Origin: Myxococcota bacterium
Lineage (GTDB): Bacteria > Myxococcota_A > UBA9160 > UBA6930
Assembly (NCBI GenBank): GCA_965223705.1
Contig: OZ245015.1
Coordinates: 3,104,001 to 3,168,000 of the forward strand
Length of the DNA: 64,000 nt
Reading direction: 5' to 3'
Shown here piece after piece: positions 54,181-63,983 of this stretch. Made by a program: the position numbers and the translations under genes. The notes beneath the pieces are model-generated. The model was not told the origin of the DNA and made no database searches. It was given only the letters and a program-made list of their open reading frames with translations. Position 1 is the stretch's first letter. Each line of letters opens with the position of its first letter.

Positions 54181-55251
54181 TCAGTCGTCGAGCTTCTGGA
54201 GCTCCGGAAGCACCTCGGAAGCGAAGAGCTCCATGCTTCGCGTCGCCGTGTCGTACGGCATCCCCGCGAAGCCGAACGCGTACCCGGTATGCGTGCAGCC
54301 GGTCTTCTCTCGGAGATCGATCACTTTCTCAACGCACTGCTCGGGCGTTCCCCAGACCTGGAGGTCTTTGTAGAACGCGGCCATCCCATCGGCACCCATT
54401 TCGGAGAGCGCCTCTTGCATCGCCTTGTAGGATTCGTAGCCGCGTGCGGTGCCGAACTGATCGGACTCCACCTCGTAGTGCTTGATGACGGTGTGGTAGT
54501 ACCCTTCGATGTAGCGATGCGCGAGATCTTCGGCTTCGGCTTCGCTCTCGGCGCAAACGCAGTGTGAGAGCACGATCGGGGGCGGCGGCTCCTGCCCGCC
54601 GCTTGCCTCGCGATACATCGAGCGATAGTCCGCAAGCTCCTGCAACTGCTGATCCCACGGCTTTTGAGCGATGATCAGCAGCCCGACACCCGCTTTCGCG
54701 AGAATCGCACCGGTCTCCGGCGAGATCGACGCGGCATAGGTCCGACCCTTGAAGCTCTTGAACGGCTCCGGACGAATCGGGCTGTGGGGAACCTTGACCA
54801 GCGTGCCGTCGTACTCCATGACGCCGGTCTCGAGGGCTTCCAAGATCGCTTCCATCCGCTCGTTGAACAGGATCCGCGAATCGCCCTGGGGAACGCCGAA
54901 CGAATCGAACTCGACGCGCGCCAGACCGCGACCCATACCGAAGATCACGCGCCCGTCGGACATGTGATCCAGGGTCGCGATCTGCTCGGCCACGCGGATG
55001 GGATCGTTCCAGGGCAGGACCACCACCGCACTGCCCAACTCGACGCGCTCGGTCTTCGCGGCGACGTATGTCAGAAACTGCGGCACGTGGGGCGAAAGGA
55101 TGTAATCCGTAAAGTGGTGCTCGATGCCCCACACGGAATCGAACCCCAGGGACTCGGCCCGCACCGCCATGCGGAGCTCTTCCCGATACAGCGCGCGGTC
55201 GGAGATCTGATTCTCCGGGTTTTGGAACATGGCGGTGTAACCGACCTTCAT
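54181..55251 (-). CDS. LLM-class flavin-dependent oxidoreductase (paralog of 4056-5126)
   Basis: FQNP, GFDSVWGIEHHFTDY, LGSAVVVLPW, LQVWGTP; 356 aa. Confidence 0.93.
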   Translation of the reverse strand: MKVGYTAMFQNPENQISDRALYREELRMAVRAESLGFDSVWGIEHHFTDYILSPHVPQFLTYVAAKTERVELGSAVVVLPWNDPIRVAEQIATLDHMSDGRVIFGMGRGLARVEFDSFGVPQGDSRILFNERMEAILEALETGVMEYDGTLVKVPHSPIRPEPFKSFKGRTYAASISPETGAILAKAGVGLLIIAQKPWDQQLQELADYRSMYREASGGQEPPPPIVLSHCVCAESEAEAEDLAHRYIEGYYHTVIKHYEVESDQFGTARGYESYKAMQEALSEMGADGMAAFYKDLQVWGTPEQCVEKVIDLREKTGCTHTGYAFGFAGMPYDTATRSMELFASEVLPELQKLDD

Positions 55252-55299
55252 GGGGGCCTCCTTGTCTCGCGGCGAGTTTACCAGAACGGCACCGAAAGC

Positions 55300-56856
55300 T
55301 TAGGGCCGGTACCCGAAGGATGGCGCCCCGGTCCGCCGGGAGTCCGCCACGAGATTCGCCCACTGACACAGGACGCGACGCGTGTCCCGCGGGTCGATGA
55401 CGTCGTCGACCTCGAAGAACTCGGCCGCGCGAAACGGTGAGCGGTAGCGGTCGAGGCGCTCGCGGATCGAGGCGAGCTCGGCCTCGAACGCGGCGCCCTC
55501 GAGGCCGGCCAGCTCGCGGCGGTACGCGACCTCGATACCGCCCTCCACGGGCAGACTGTGCCAGTCTCCCGAGGGCCACGACCAGCGTGGGTGTGTGGAA
55601 CCGGGCTTCGAGTTCGCGGCCCCGGCGACGCCGAAGGCCTTTCGGATCACGACGCAACAAAACGGGCTGCTGCACTGGCCCAGCGCAGCGAGCGCCCGGG
55701 AACCGTGGCGAATGGTCGCATCGTCTTCCGACTGCTTCCCGATCAGGAAGCCGGGACAATCCTCGAGGTGGATCGCGGGCAAGTGAAAAGTCGACGCGAG
55801 ATCGAGCAGGCGCGTGATCTTCTGGCTCGCGTCTGCCGTCCAGGCGCCGCCGTAGACGTAGGGATCTTCGGAAAACACCGCGACGGGCCAGCCGTCGAGA
55901 CGCGCGAGCCCGGTGATCGCGGAGCGACCCCACGCCCGCCCGATCTCGAAGAAACTCTCGTCGTCGAAGATTCCGTCGATGACGTCCCGCATCTTGTACA
56001 CCTGCCTCGGATTTCGAGGCACGATGTCGAGCAGGCGCTCTTCTCGGCGCGCGGGATCGTCGGTGGGGTCCTTGCGCGGCGGCAGCTCTTCGACGTTTCG
56101 GGGAAGGTACGAAAGAAATTGCCGCGCCCGCTCGAACGCCTCGGCCTCGGTTTTCACCGCGTCGTCGATCGCCCCGTTGCGCGTGTGAACCCGCGCGTGC
56201 CCGAGCTCCTCTTTCGTCACTTCGCGCTGTCCCGCTTGCTCAACGAGAGCCGGACCGGCGATCATCATCTGCGCGGTGTCTTCGACGATGACGGAGTAGT
56301 GGCTCGTCACGACCCGCGCCGCCCCCAGCCCGGCGACGGAACCCAACGCCAAGGCGACGGAAGGGGCGACCGACAAGTGCTCGACGACGGTTTCCCAACC
56401 GGCCATCTGTGGGATCAATGTGCGGCCTTGGGTTTCGATCATCTTGACGGAGCCGCCTCCGCCCATGCCGTCGACCAGGCGGACGTGGGGGAGCCCGAGC
56501 TCGACCGCGAGGCGTTCCGAAAAGTGCCTCTTCGCCGGGATATGCGCTTCGTTGGATCCGCCACGGACCGTGAAATCGTCCCCTGACAACATCACCGGCC
56601 GCCCGTCGACTTCCGCTACCCCGCACACGAAGTTCGCCGGGAGCAGGCCCACGAGTTGACCGCTTTCGTCGTACGTTGCAGCCCCGGCCGTCGCGCCGGA
56701 TTCTCGGAACGTTCCCGGATCCGCGATGCCGTCGATGCGCTCGCGGATCGTCAACTTGCCGGCTTGTCGCTGTCGCTCGACGCGCTCCGCTCCGCCGAGC
56801 TCCTCGGCGAGGGCTCGACGCCTCGAGAGCTCATCGATCTCACGTTTCCAACTCAT
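55300..56856 (-). CDS. Acyl-CoA carboxylase carboxyltransferase subunit
   Basis: GKLTIRERI, DDFTVRGGS, AGLGAAR, AGP, D.PGF, RKAFGVAG, IDPRDTR; start moved to ATG 56856. Confidence 0.92.
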   Translation of the reverse strand: MSWKREIDELSRRRALAEELGGAERVERQRQAGKLTIRERIDGIADPGTFRESGATAGAATYDESGQLVGLLPANFVCGVAEVDGRPVMLSGDDFTVRGGSNEAHIPAKRHFSERLAVELGLPHVRLVDGMGGGGSVKMIETQGRTLIPQMAGWETVVEHLSVAPSVALALGSVAGLGAARVVTSHYSVIVEDTAQMMIAGPALVEQAGQREVTKEELGHARVHTRNGAIDDAVKTEAEAFERARQFLSYLPRNVEELPPRKDPTDDPARREERLLDIVPRNPRQVYKMRDVIDGIFDDESFFEIGRAWGRSAITGLARLDGWPVAVFSEDPYVYGGAWTADASQKITRLLDLASTFHLPAIHLEDCPGFLIGKQSEDDATIRHGSRALAALGQCSSPFCCVVIRKAFGVAGAANSKPGSTHPRWSWPSGDWHSLPVEGGIEVAYRRELAGLEGAAFEAELASIRERLDRYRSPFRAAEFFEVDDVIDPRDTRRVLCQWANLVADSRRTGAPSFGYRP

Positions 56857-56929
56857 GGGAGGCCAGGGTATCCCAGCCCTGCCCGACCCTGGTAGGATCA
56901 CGGACTCCCTCAGAACTCCGGGGTCGAAT

Positions 56930-57340
56930 GTGCGCCGCTACACCAACCGCCTTCGCGTGAACTTCGTCGACACCGATTTGAGCGGTCGTATCCACTACAC
57001 CGCAGCGATGCGCTATTTCGAAGCGACGGAACACGCGCTGATGCGGGCCATCATGCAAGACGTCGACGGCCCGCGGCCCATGCTCCCACGCGTCCACGTC
57101 GAAGCCGATTTCGCGGCCATGTTGTCCTGGGAAGAGGAGATCGCCTGCACGGCGCGGGTGGCAACAGTGGGGCGCACCTCGCTGACCTTCGAGTATTCCG
57201 TGGTCCGCGTGAGCGACGGTGTCGAAGCTGTAACGGGCAAGATCGTGGCAGTGTCGGTCGACGAAGAAGGCCGGGCCGCCCCGTTTTCGGACGCGTTCCG
57301 CGCCGCCGCGAAACGCGATGTCGAAGCTGGCGTACCCTGA
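56930..57340 (+). CDS. Acyl-CoA thioesterase (4HBT hotdog fold)
   Basis: V.F.DTD..G.IHY....RYFE, GRTSL; start uncertain. Confidence 0.85.
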   Translation: MRRYTNRLRVNFVDTDLSGRIHYTAAMRYFEATEHALMRAIMQDVDGPRPMLPRVHVEADFAAMLSWEEEIACTARVATVGRTSLTFEYSVVRVSDGVEAVTGKIVAVSVDEEGRAAPFSDAFRAAAKRDVEAGVP

Positions 57341-57358
57341 CGCCCGGAGGATGACGAA

Positions 57359-58246
57359 ATGCAGATCGGATTTATCGGCACGGGAAACATGGGCGGCCCG
57401 ATGGCGGCGAACATCCTGGCCGCGGGCCATGCCCTGCGGGTGCACGACACGCTGCGGAGCGCCACAGCGACCCTCGAGGAAGCGGGCGCGACCTGGTGCG
57501 ACGACGCGTCGGGTGTGTGCGACGGGGCCGACGCGGTCTTTTTGTCGCTCCCCGGCCCGAAAGAAGTCGAAGCGGTCGCGTCGGCATTGCTCCCGCACAT
57601 GCGGGCGGGTCAAACACTCGTCGACATGAGTACGAACTCGCCGTCGCTCATGAAGAAGATCGAGAGCGACGCGAAGGCCCAAGGCATCGATTTTCTCGAC
57701 GCTCCGGTGAGCGGCGGTGTGCGCGGCGCCCGCAAGGGAACCCTCGCGATCATGGTCGGCGGCGACCGTTCCGTCTTCGAGCGCCTCGAACCTGTGTTCC
57801 AGGTGATGGGCGCGAACATCTTTCACGTCGGCGAGATCGGCGCGGGCAACGTCGCGAAACTCGTCAACAACATGTTGGCGTTCGCCATCATGATGTCGAA
57901 CGCCGAAGCCTTGGTCCTCGGTGCGAAAGCCGGGGTCGACCCGAACGTCCTCTGGAACATCATCCGCACGAGCAGCGGGAACAGCATGACTTGGGAAGGC
58001 GGCGCACGCGCAATCCTGCGCGACCGCTTGGCGCCGACCTTCACGGTCGATCTGGCGTGCAAGGACATCGGCCTCGCCGCGGATCTCGCGAAAGAAATGG
58101 ACGTCGATCTCACCATGGTGGCGAAGGCGAAAGAGCTGCTGACGAACTTCCAGCAAAACGGCTTCGCGAAGGAAGACGTGCTGGCCACGATCAAATCCCT
58201 CGAAGAGGCGGCGGGCGTCACCGTTCGCGGCACCTGGGATCAATAG
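57359..58246 (+). CDS. Beta-hydroxyacid dehydrogenase (3-hydroxyisobutyrate dehydrogenase family)
   Basis: GFIGTGNMG, DMST, DAPVSGG, KLVNN, KD. Confidence 0.93.
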   Translation: MQIGFIGTGNMGGPMAANILAAGHALRVHDTLRSATATLEEAGATWCDDASGVCDGADAVFLSLPGPKEVEAVASALLPHMRAGQTLVDMSTNSPSLMKKIESDAKAQGIDFLDAPVSGGVRGARKGTLAIMVGGDRSVFERLEPVFQVMGANIFHVGEIGAGNVAKLVNNMLAFAIMMSNAEALVLGAKAGVDPNVLWNIIRTSSGNSMTWEGGARAILRDRLAPTFTVDLACKDIGLAADLAKEMDVDLTMVAKAKELLTNFQQNGFAKEDVLATIKSLEEAAGVTVRGTWDQ

Positions 58247-58254
58247 GAGACACG

Positions 58255-58920
58255 ATGGAATTCGACGATGTGGTTCGAACCACCTTTACCTGTCGAGAAT
58301 TCACCGACGAAGAGGTCCCCGAAGCCGACCTCGCGGCGATCCTCGAGCAGGCGCGGTTCGCGCCGAGCGGTGGCAATCGCCAGGGCTGGCACGTCATCGC
58401 GGTTCGCGACGCGGAGCTCCGGAAGCAGTTTGCGAAGTGGATCCACCCGATGTTCCAACGCTACTTGGCCCAGGTACATGCGGGAGAAAGCCCGTGGAAC
58501 ACGGTCCACCCGACGAAACTCACACCCGAAGAAGTGCGTCGCGTCGAAGTGAACTTCCCGCTGCTCGAGAACCTCGACAAGGTGCCTGTCCTCCTCGTGG
58601 TGGCTCTCGATCTCTCGGTAACCGCCTCTTTCGACAAGGACCACGACCGAGTCGGCGTGATCAGCGGCGCGTCGATTTATCCGTTCGTCTGGAACTTGCT
58701 CCTCGCGGCGCGCAACGCCGGCTACGGCGGCGCGCTCACCACGTTTCTCGTGGCCGGAGAAAAGGAAGTTCAGAAGGCGCTCAACCTCCCGGATCACTAC
58801 GCGGTCGCCGCGATGGTCCCGTTGGGGCGCCCGAAGAAACAATTGACGAAGCTTCGTCGGAACCCGGTCCGCGATTTCGCGACGTGGGACACGCTCGACG
58901 GCAAGCCCATCGGATCTTGA
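58255..58920 (+). CDS. Nitroreductase family protein
   Basis: APSGGNRQGW, GASIYP..WNLLLAAR..G, PLG.P; ATG follows AGGAG. Confidence 0.9.
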   Translation: MEFDDVVRTTFTCREFTDEEVPEADLAAILEQARFAPSGGNRQGWHVIAVRDAELRKQFAKWIHPMFQRYLAQVHAGESPWNTVHPTKLTPEEVRRVEVNFPLLENLDKVPVLLVVALDLSVTASFDKDHDRVGVISGASIYPFVWNLLLAARNAGYGGALTTFLVAGEKEVQKALNLPDHYAVAAMVPLGRPKKQLTKLRRNPVRDFATWDTLDGKPIGS

Positions 58921-58930
58921 GGAGGCACCC

Positions 58931-59218
58931 ATGGCCGCATACATCATCGCTCGCGTCGATGTGACCGACCCCGAGAAGTACAAGAACTACATGGCGCTCA
59001 CGCCCGCAGCCATCGAGAAAGCTGGCGGGCGTTTCATCGTTCGGGGTGGCGCGGTGACCACCCTCGAAGGTCCGGAGGAGACGCGTCGGCTCGTCGTGCT
59101 CGAATTCGACTCCATCGAGGCCGCGAAGGCGTTCTACCACTCGCCGGACTACGAGCGTGCGAAGCTCGAGCGCGTGGGCGCAGCCGACGCGCAGTTCCTG
59201 GCCGTCGAGGGCGTCTAG
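58931..59218 (+). CDS. DUF1330 family protein
   Basis: AYII, GG.F.VRGG....LEG, V.LEF.S...A..FY.S..Y. Confidence 0.92.
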   Translation: MAAYIIARVDVTDPEKYKNYMALTPAAIEKAGGRFIVRGGAVTTLEGPEETRRLVVLEFDSIEAAKAFYHSPDYERAKLERVGAADAQFLAVEGV

Positions 59219-60978
59219 GGCAGAAGTGATGCGTAGGCGACCTGACTCCGGGGCGAGCTCGCCGCCTCGCAGAGTCCGGTTTCCGGGTGATGCGTCACGG
59301 CCATCACCCGCCCGTGCTCCCAGGGGCCGCTCGCGGCCATCCGATGCCCCCTCTTCGTGAGTTCTGAGACGACGTCGGACGCGATCCGCGATTCCGCCGC
59401 CGCCCACCCGGGCTGCGCGGTGCGCGGGTAGAACGAACTCGGCATGTGGAGCGAGTGCACCGTCGGCGCATCGATTGCGGCCTGCAGGTCGCGCTCACCC
59501 CAATCGACGAGCTGTAGGAAGAACTGCAGGGTCCACTGATCCTGTTGGTCGCCCCCGGGCGTCCCGAACGCGATGCGGCGCCCATCCGGCAGCAGAGCCA
59601 CACTCGGAGTTAGCGTTGTTCTCGGGCGCTTTCCCGGAGCGACCACGTTCGGGTGCCGCGCGTCCAGGGCGAACATCTGCGCGCGCGTCCCGATCGGAAA
59701 GCCGAGTTCCGGAATCACCGGCGAGCTCATGATCCATGCGCCGCTCGGCGTCGCCGCCACGAGGTTGCCCTCTCGATCGACAGCGTCGCAATGGGTCGTG
59801 TCACCCCGCCCTTTCGCGGCGGCAAATGCCTGAGGCTCCGCCACGACCGCTCCTTCCTCGGCGACCCACGGCCAGCCCTCGGGCAACGCACCGACACCCG
59901 GTCGCTGCTCAAACGATGCCTGGTCGTGGTCGATCAGCTGCCGGCGGGCTTCGTTGTACGGGGCCCCGAGTAGTGTTTCGAGCGGAACGTCGGCAAAGTT
60001 TGGATCGGCATAGTTCGCCTCTCGGTCGGCGAACGCCAACTTCGCGGCCTCGATAAGGGTGTGGAGGCTGTCTGCGGTTCCGGCACCCATCTCCCCCAGC
60101 GGAATGCCCTCGAGCAAGCGAAGTTGTTGGAGAAACACCGGGCCCTGAGACCATGGCGGACACTTGAAGACCGACGCGCCCCGGTAGGCCGCCGCGACCG
60201 GAGCCTCAACCGTGCCTTCGTAGTTCGCCAAGTCGTGAGCGCTCAGCAACCCCGCGTGCCGTTGCCCCACGTCGTCGACGGCGGGTTGCCGCAAAAACGA
60301 CTCGATCGCCTCGGCGACGGGTCCCCGGTAGAACACGTCTCTCGCGGCGCGAATTTTCTGCTCCCGCGTCCCCGACGTTTTCTTTTCTGCGTCGATGAGC
60401 GACTGCAACGTGTCGGCCCACGCGGGGTTGCGCAACCGCTCCCCGACACCGAGCACCGGAACGTAGAGCGCGGCGCTGGTCGGCCAATCGCGCACGAACT
60501 TGTCGCGGAGGAGCAGAAGCGTGTCGCGGAGGAACCCGTAGGCGGGAAATCCCTCGCGTGCGAGTTTCACAGCCGGGGCCGCGACGCGTTCGAAACGCAT
60601 CGTTCCGAACCTTTCGAGCAGTGTGCACCACGCGTCACAGGCGCCGGGCACCGTCGCCCCCAGCAAGCCGCTTCCGGGAATACGATCGAGGCCGAGCTCG
60701 ACAAAAGCTTCCCGCGTCGCGCGTGCTGGCGCCGTGCCCTGCCCGCAGATCACGTGCGGGGTTTCTTCGCGAGCGTCCCAGTAGAGAATGGGAACTTCAC
60801 CTGCGGGACCGTTCATATGGGGCTCGAGCACTTGCAACGCGAATCCCATGCCGCAGGCCGCATCGGCGGCGTTGCCTCCTTCGGCGAGAATGTGCGCGCC
60901 GATGGCGCTTGCCGCGTAGTGACCGGCGCTTACGGCACCCCCATAGCCCCGCAATGTCGGCCGCGTCGTGAAACTCAC
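59215..60978 (-). CDS. ggt: Gamma-glutamyltransferase family (Ntn hydrolase), no signal peptide
   Basis: GGNAADAA, PH.NG..G, TVPG, GDTTH (Thr nucleophile), PGKRP.TTL.P, GTPGGD.Q. Confidence 0.92.
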   Translation of the reverse strand: MSFTTRPTLRGYGGAVSAGHYAASAIGAHILAEGGNAADAACGMGFALQVLEPHMNGPAGEVPILYWDAREETPHVICGQGTAPARATREAFVELGLDRIPGSGLLGATVPGACDAWCTLLERFGTMRFERVAAPAVKLAREGFPAYGFLRDTLLLLRDKFVRDWPTSAALYVPVLGVGERLRNPAWADTLQSLIDAEKKTSGTREQKIRAARDVFYRGPVAEAIESFLRQPAVDDVGQRHAGLLSAHDLANYEGTVEAPVAAAYRGASVFKCPPWSQGPVFLQQLRLLEGIPLGEMGAGTADSLHTLIEAAKLAFADREANYADPNFADVPLETLLGAPYNEARRQLIDHDQASFEQRPGVGALPEGWPWVAEEGAVVAEPQAFAAAKGRGDTTHCDAVDREGNLVAATPSGAWIMSSPVIPELGFPIGTRAQMFALDARHPNVVAPGKRPRTTLTPSVALLPDGRRIAFGTPGGDQQDQWTLQFFLQLVDWGERDLQAAIDAPTVHSLHMPSSFYPRTAQPGWAAAESRIASDVVSELTKRGHRMAASGPWEHGRVMAVTHHPETGLCEAASSPRSQVAYASLLP

Positions 60979-62165
60979 GCGAACATCGGGAAACGTTCGT
61001 AGGGAGCACCCAGAACCGCTTCGGAAGACACCCCGAGAAATCCTTCGATCACCGTTGCGTAGACGCGTCGGAAGTCCGTGGTGAAGTGCAAGTTGTCGCC
61101 CGGATCGAGTTCGACGAGGCTCGGTGGATCGCCGTAGTGACCGCCCTTGACCGCGTCGCCGATCACGAACATGAGGCCGGCAGCACCGTGATCCGTACCG
61201 AGATTCGTGTTTTCGGGCACGCGTCGGCCGAATTCCGAGAACACGAGCATCACGACTTCTTCGGAACGTCCGATGCGCTTGAGGTCCGCGAAGAATCCCG
61301 CGATCGCATCCGACGTGTAGGTCAGCAGGCGGCCGTGTAGATTCGGTTGGTACACGTGGGTGTCGAAAGCATTGTTGCGGAAGGACGTGTAGTAGAGCTG
61401 CGTCGGTAGTTCCGCCGCGATCAGCGACACGATCTTTTCGAGATCCAAGGGCAGCAGGCCGTAGTCGACGGGCGAGTCATACGCGGACCACGCTTCGCGT
61501 ACACGACTCGCTGCGCTTTGTGCGGAAGCCGCAACGTCGCGTAGGAAGGCGTGGGAAGCGTTCGACGTCGCGGCCTGTGTCGGAAGCTCTCGCATCGCCG
61601 CGTTCTGCGCCGCCCCGGCTTTCCGAGTGAATCGCACCGGATCGTCGAACACGACGGGCTGATGTCGCCGCCCGCGAACGGCGAGCGATTGCGAAGCGTC
61701 GATGTTGACGATCACTTCGCGAGCGTCTTTCGGTGCCATGACGTCTGCCAGGCGTCCGACCCAACCGAGTTCCTCGCCGCTATTGGGCGCCGCGGTGTGC
61801 CAGTACGCCATCGACGTAAAGTGCGAGAAAGAGGGGTTTTCGTAGCCGCAGCCGTGGACGATGGCCACGTTGCCTTCCTTGTAGAGCCGTTCGAAACCGG
61901 CCATCGAAGGATGCAATCCGTAGTGGTCATCGATCTTGCGGAGTTTCTCGGCGGCGATTCCGACACTCGGGCGCTGCCGATAGTACGCATCATCGCCGTA
62001 AGGCACGACGGTATTCAAGCCGTCGTTACCTCCCGAGAGTTCGAGCACCACCAGTTTTCGACCGGACTCCGCCGCGCGCGCCGCGATCGGCCACCAACAC
62101 GCCGCGGACAAGCCTGCGCCGAGTGAGAGCAACAGAGATCGTCGATCGATAACCGGGTCCGTCAT
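60975..62165 (-). CDS. DUF1501 family protein, Tat-exported
   Basis: DRRSLL Tat motif; LSGGNDGLN, SHF, FDTH, SEFGR...N...GTDHG, DFR.VY. Confidence 0.93.
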   Translation of the reverse strand: MTDPVIDRRSLLLSLGAGLSAACWWPIAARAAESGRKLVVLELSGGNDGLNTVVPYGDDAYYRQRPSVGIAAEKLRKIDDHYGLHPSMAGFERLYKEGNVAIVHGCGYENPSFSHFTSMAYWHTAAPNSGEELGWVGRLADVMAPKDAREVIVNIDASQSLAVRGRRHQPVVFDDPVRFTRKAGAAQNAAMRELPTQAATSNASHAFLRDVAASAQSAASRVREAWSAYDSPVDYGLLPLDLEKIVSLIAAELPTQLYYTSFRNNAFDTHVYQPNLHGRLLTYTSDAIAGFFADLKRIGRSEEVVMLVFSEFGRRVPENTNLGTDHGAAGLMFVIGDAVKGGHYGDPPSLVELDPGDNLHFTTDFRRVYATVIEGFLGVSSEAVLGAPYERFPMFA

Positions 62166-62177
62166 AGAGCCTCCGAA

Positions 62178-63983
62178 CTAACCGAGTTGATACCCCGGCG
62201 CGCTCAGGATGAGATGCAACACCTCGCGGAGCGGGCGATCGAGATAGGTCTCCGCCTCGCCGAGCTTCTCCGTGCCGAGCTCCTGCACGAGGAAGGCGAT
62301 CAACCGGGCGCGCATCCCGACCGGCGGCTCGACAGGAAAGAAGCGTTCGAGCAGATGGTCGACCGCTTCGGTTGCCGTGGTCGCCCCGGCCGCCCTAACC
62401 ATCCCGGCGAGATCGGGGTTCGCGAGCGATCGAGGGATCGGCTTTACCCTCTCGATCGCCATCTGCCACCCTCGGTAGCTCCCGAACCGCGTGTTGAAAT
62501 CCTCGTCGCGGTCCGCCATGGCGTTCGCCATCGACATCATCCCGCCGCCGTCCTCCGCCGGTACGGTGGCGGAGCTGATGTCGTAACCGGCTCCGATCCG
62601 CGTGTGTACTTCGCGGATCTTCGGGTCTCGCGGCAATCGATCGTGGGGAACGAAGTTGATGTCCGGGAACAGCACGTCGTATGCGAAGTTCCCCCGCGCG
62701 ATCAGTAGCCCCGGCGTGATCCACGAGCGCCCGTGTGCCCAGCCGGCCACCGTCGGTGGCCAGAAGAGCTGTTGACCGAGCTCTTTCGTGACGTCGTTGA
62801 AATCCGGCACCCCCGGAACTTCCTCGAGCTCGAGCTTTCGATAGGTCGAGATGACGAGGGGAACCGGCGGACGAATGAGTGTCCCGACGGAGGGCGCGCT
62901 GTAGAAATCGTTCGAAAGGAAGATCGTCGTCAAGAGCCCGGCGATGTCGTAGCCGCCCGCGCGAAAGCGATTGCCGAGCTCGGTCCGAAGCTCCGGCGAT
63001 AAATCGTCGCGAACGAAATAGCGGTAGAGCTTGCTGGCGATGAACTCGGCGGTGGCCGGCTCTTCGAGGATGATATCGATGACGTCCGTGCCGCTCAGCT
63101 TCCCGGTGTGACCGAGCACGGTCTTCTCAGTGGCATCGTGCTGATCGGCGTTGATGACGAAATCCAAATCGCGGAAGTTCCAGCCGGTAAATGCACGCGC
63201 CGCCTCTCGGATGTCTTCCTCGGTGTAGTTCCCGACGCCCATGGTGAACAGTTCCATGATCTCTCGGGCGAAATTTTCGTTCGGCGAACCCTTGACGTTC
63301 ACGCCGGCGTCGAGGAAGGACAACATCGCGGGTCCCTGGGACACGCCGACGAGGAGATCTCGAAAATTCCCGAGGCCGTGCTCGTGGAACACCGCGAGTT
63401 GCTGTTCAAACTTTCGATAGTCCCGAACCTTCGTTTCGTGGACGGCGAAGTGTCCGTGCCAAAAGAGCGCGGCCTTTTCTTCGAGAGGACGCGGACTGAC
63501 GAGCATGCGTTGCGCCCACCAATAAGCGAGACGCTGGGTTTCGAGATAGCTCGCTCGGAGCCAATAGAAGAAGCGATCGACAACGGGCTGAAGCCGGCGG
63601 TTGCCGGTCGGCTTCACCTTCACACCCATCGCGGTCCCGGTTTTCTTCGCGAGCTCGGTCGCGGCCGGCCGACTCGGAGGGAACGGTTCGAGCCCCGGGT
63701 CGTGCACGCCCGAAGCATCGAAAGCCGGAAGCGGCGTCTTGTCGACGCCCTCGAAGCGGACCATCCGCGCGACCGCCTGCCGAGGCGTCAGCGCGGCCAG
63801 TGCGGAGATTTCGCGCGGCGTGCCGCCGAAGCCGGCGCGCTCGAGCAAGTGCGCAGCGCGCCGCTCGTTCCAGTCTCCCGCGCCGATCGGCTCGAGATCG
63901 CCGGCTTGCGGTGTCGCCTCGGCCGCGGGCGCCCCGGCGACCGTCACACAGGTGAGGAGGATCAACGCTCGGAGAGTGGCCAT
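62178..63983 (-). CDS. DUF1800 family protein, exported
   Basis: Signal peptide; HLL.RAGFG, E...LFWH.HF, PAML.FLD, PNENFARE.MELFT.G, ARAFTGW, PP.VAGW, YQL. Confidence 0.93.
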   Translation of the reverse strand: MATLRALILLTCVTVAGAPAAEATPQAGDLEPIGAGDWNERRAAHLLERAGFGGTPREISALAALTPRQAVARMVRFEGVDKTPLPAFDASGVHDPGLEPFPPSRPAATELAKKTGTAMGVKVKPTGNRRLQPVVDRFFYWLRASYLETQRLAYWWAQRMLVSPRPLEEKAALFWHGHFAVHETKVRDYRKFEQQLAVFHEHGLGNFRDLLVGVSQGPAMLSFLDAGVNVKGSPNENFAREIMELFTMGVGNYTEEDIREAARAFTGWNFRDLDFVINADQHDATEKTVLGHTGKLSGTDVIDIILEEPATAEFIASKLYRYFVRDDLSPELRTELGNRFRAGGYDIAGLLTTIFLSNDFYSAPSVGTLIRPPVPLVISTYRKLELEEVPGVPDFNDVTKELGQQLFWPPTVAGWAHGRSWITPGLLIARGNFAYDVLFPDINFVPHDRLPRDPKIREVHTRIGAGYDISSATVPAEDGGGMMSMANAMADRDEDFNTRFGSYRGWQMAIERVKPIPRSLANPDLAGMVRAAGATTATEAVDHLLERFFPVEPPVGMRARLIAFLVQELGTEKLGEAETYLDRPLREVLHLILSAPGYQLG

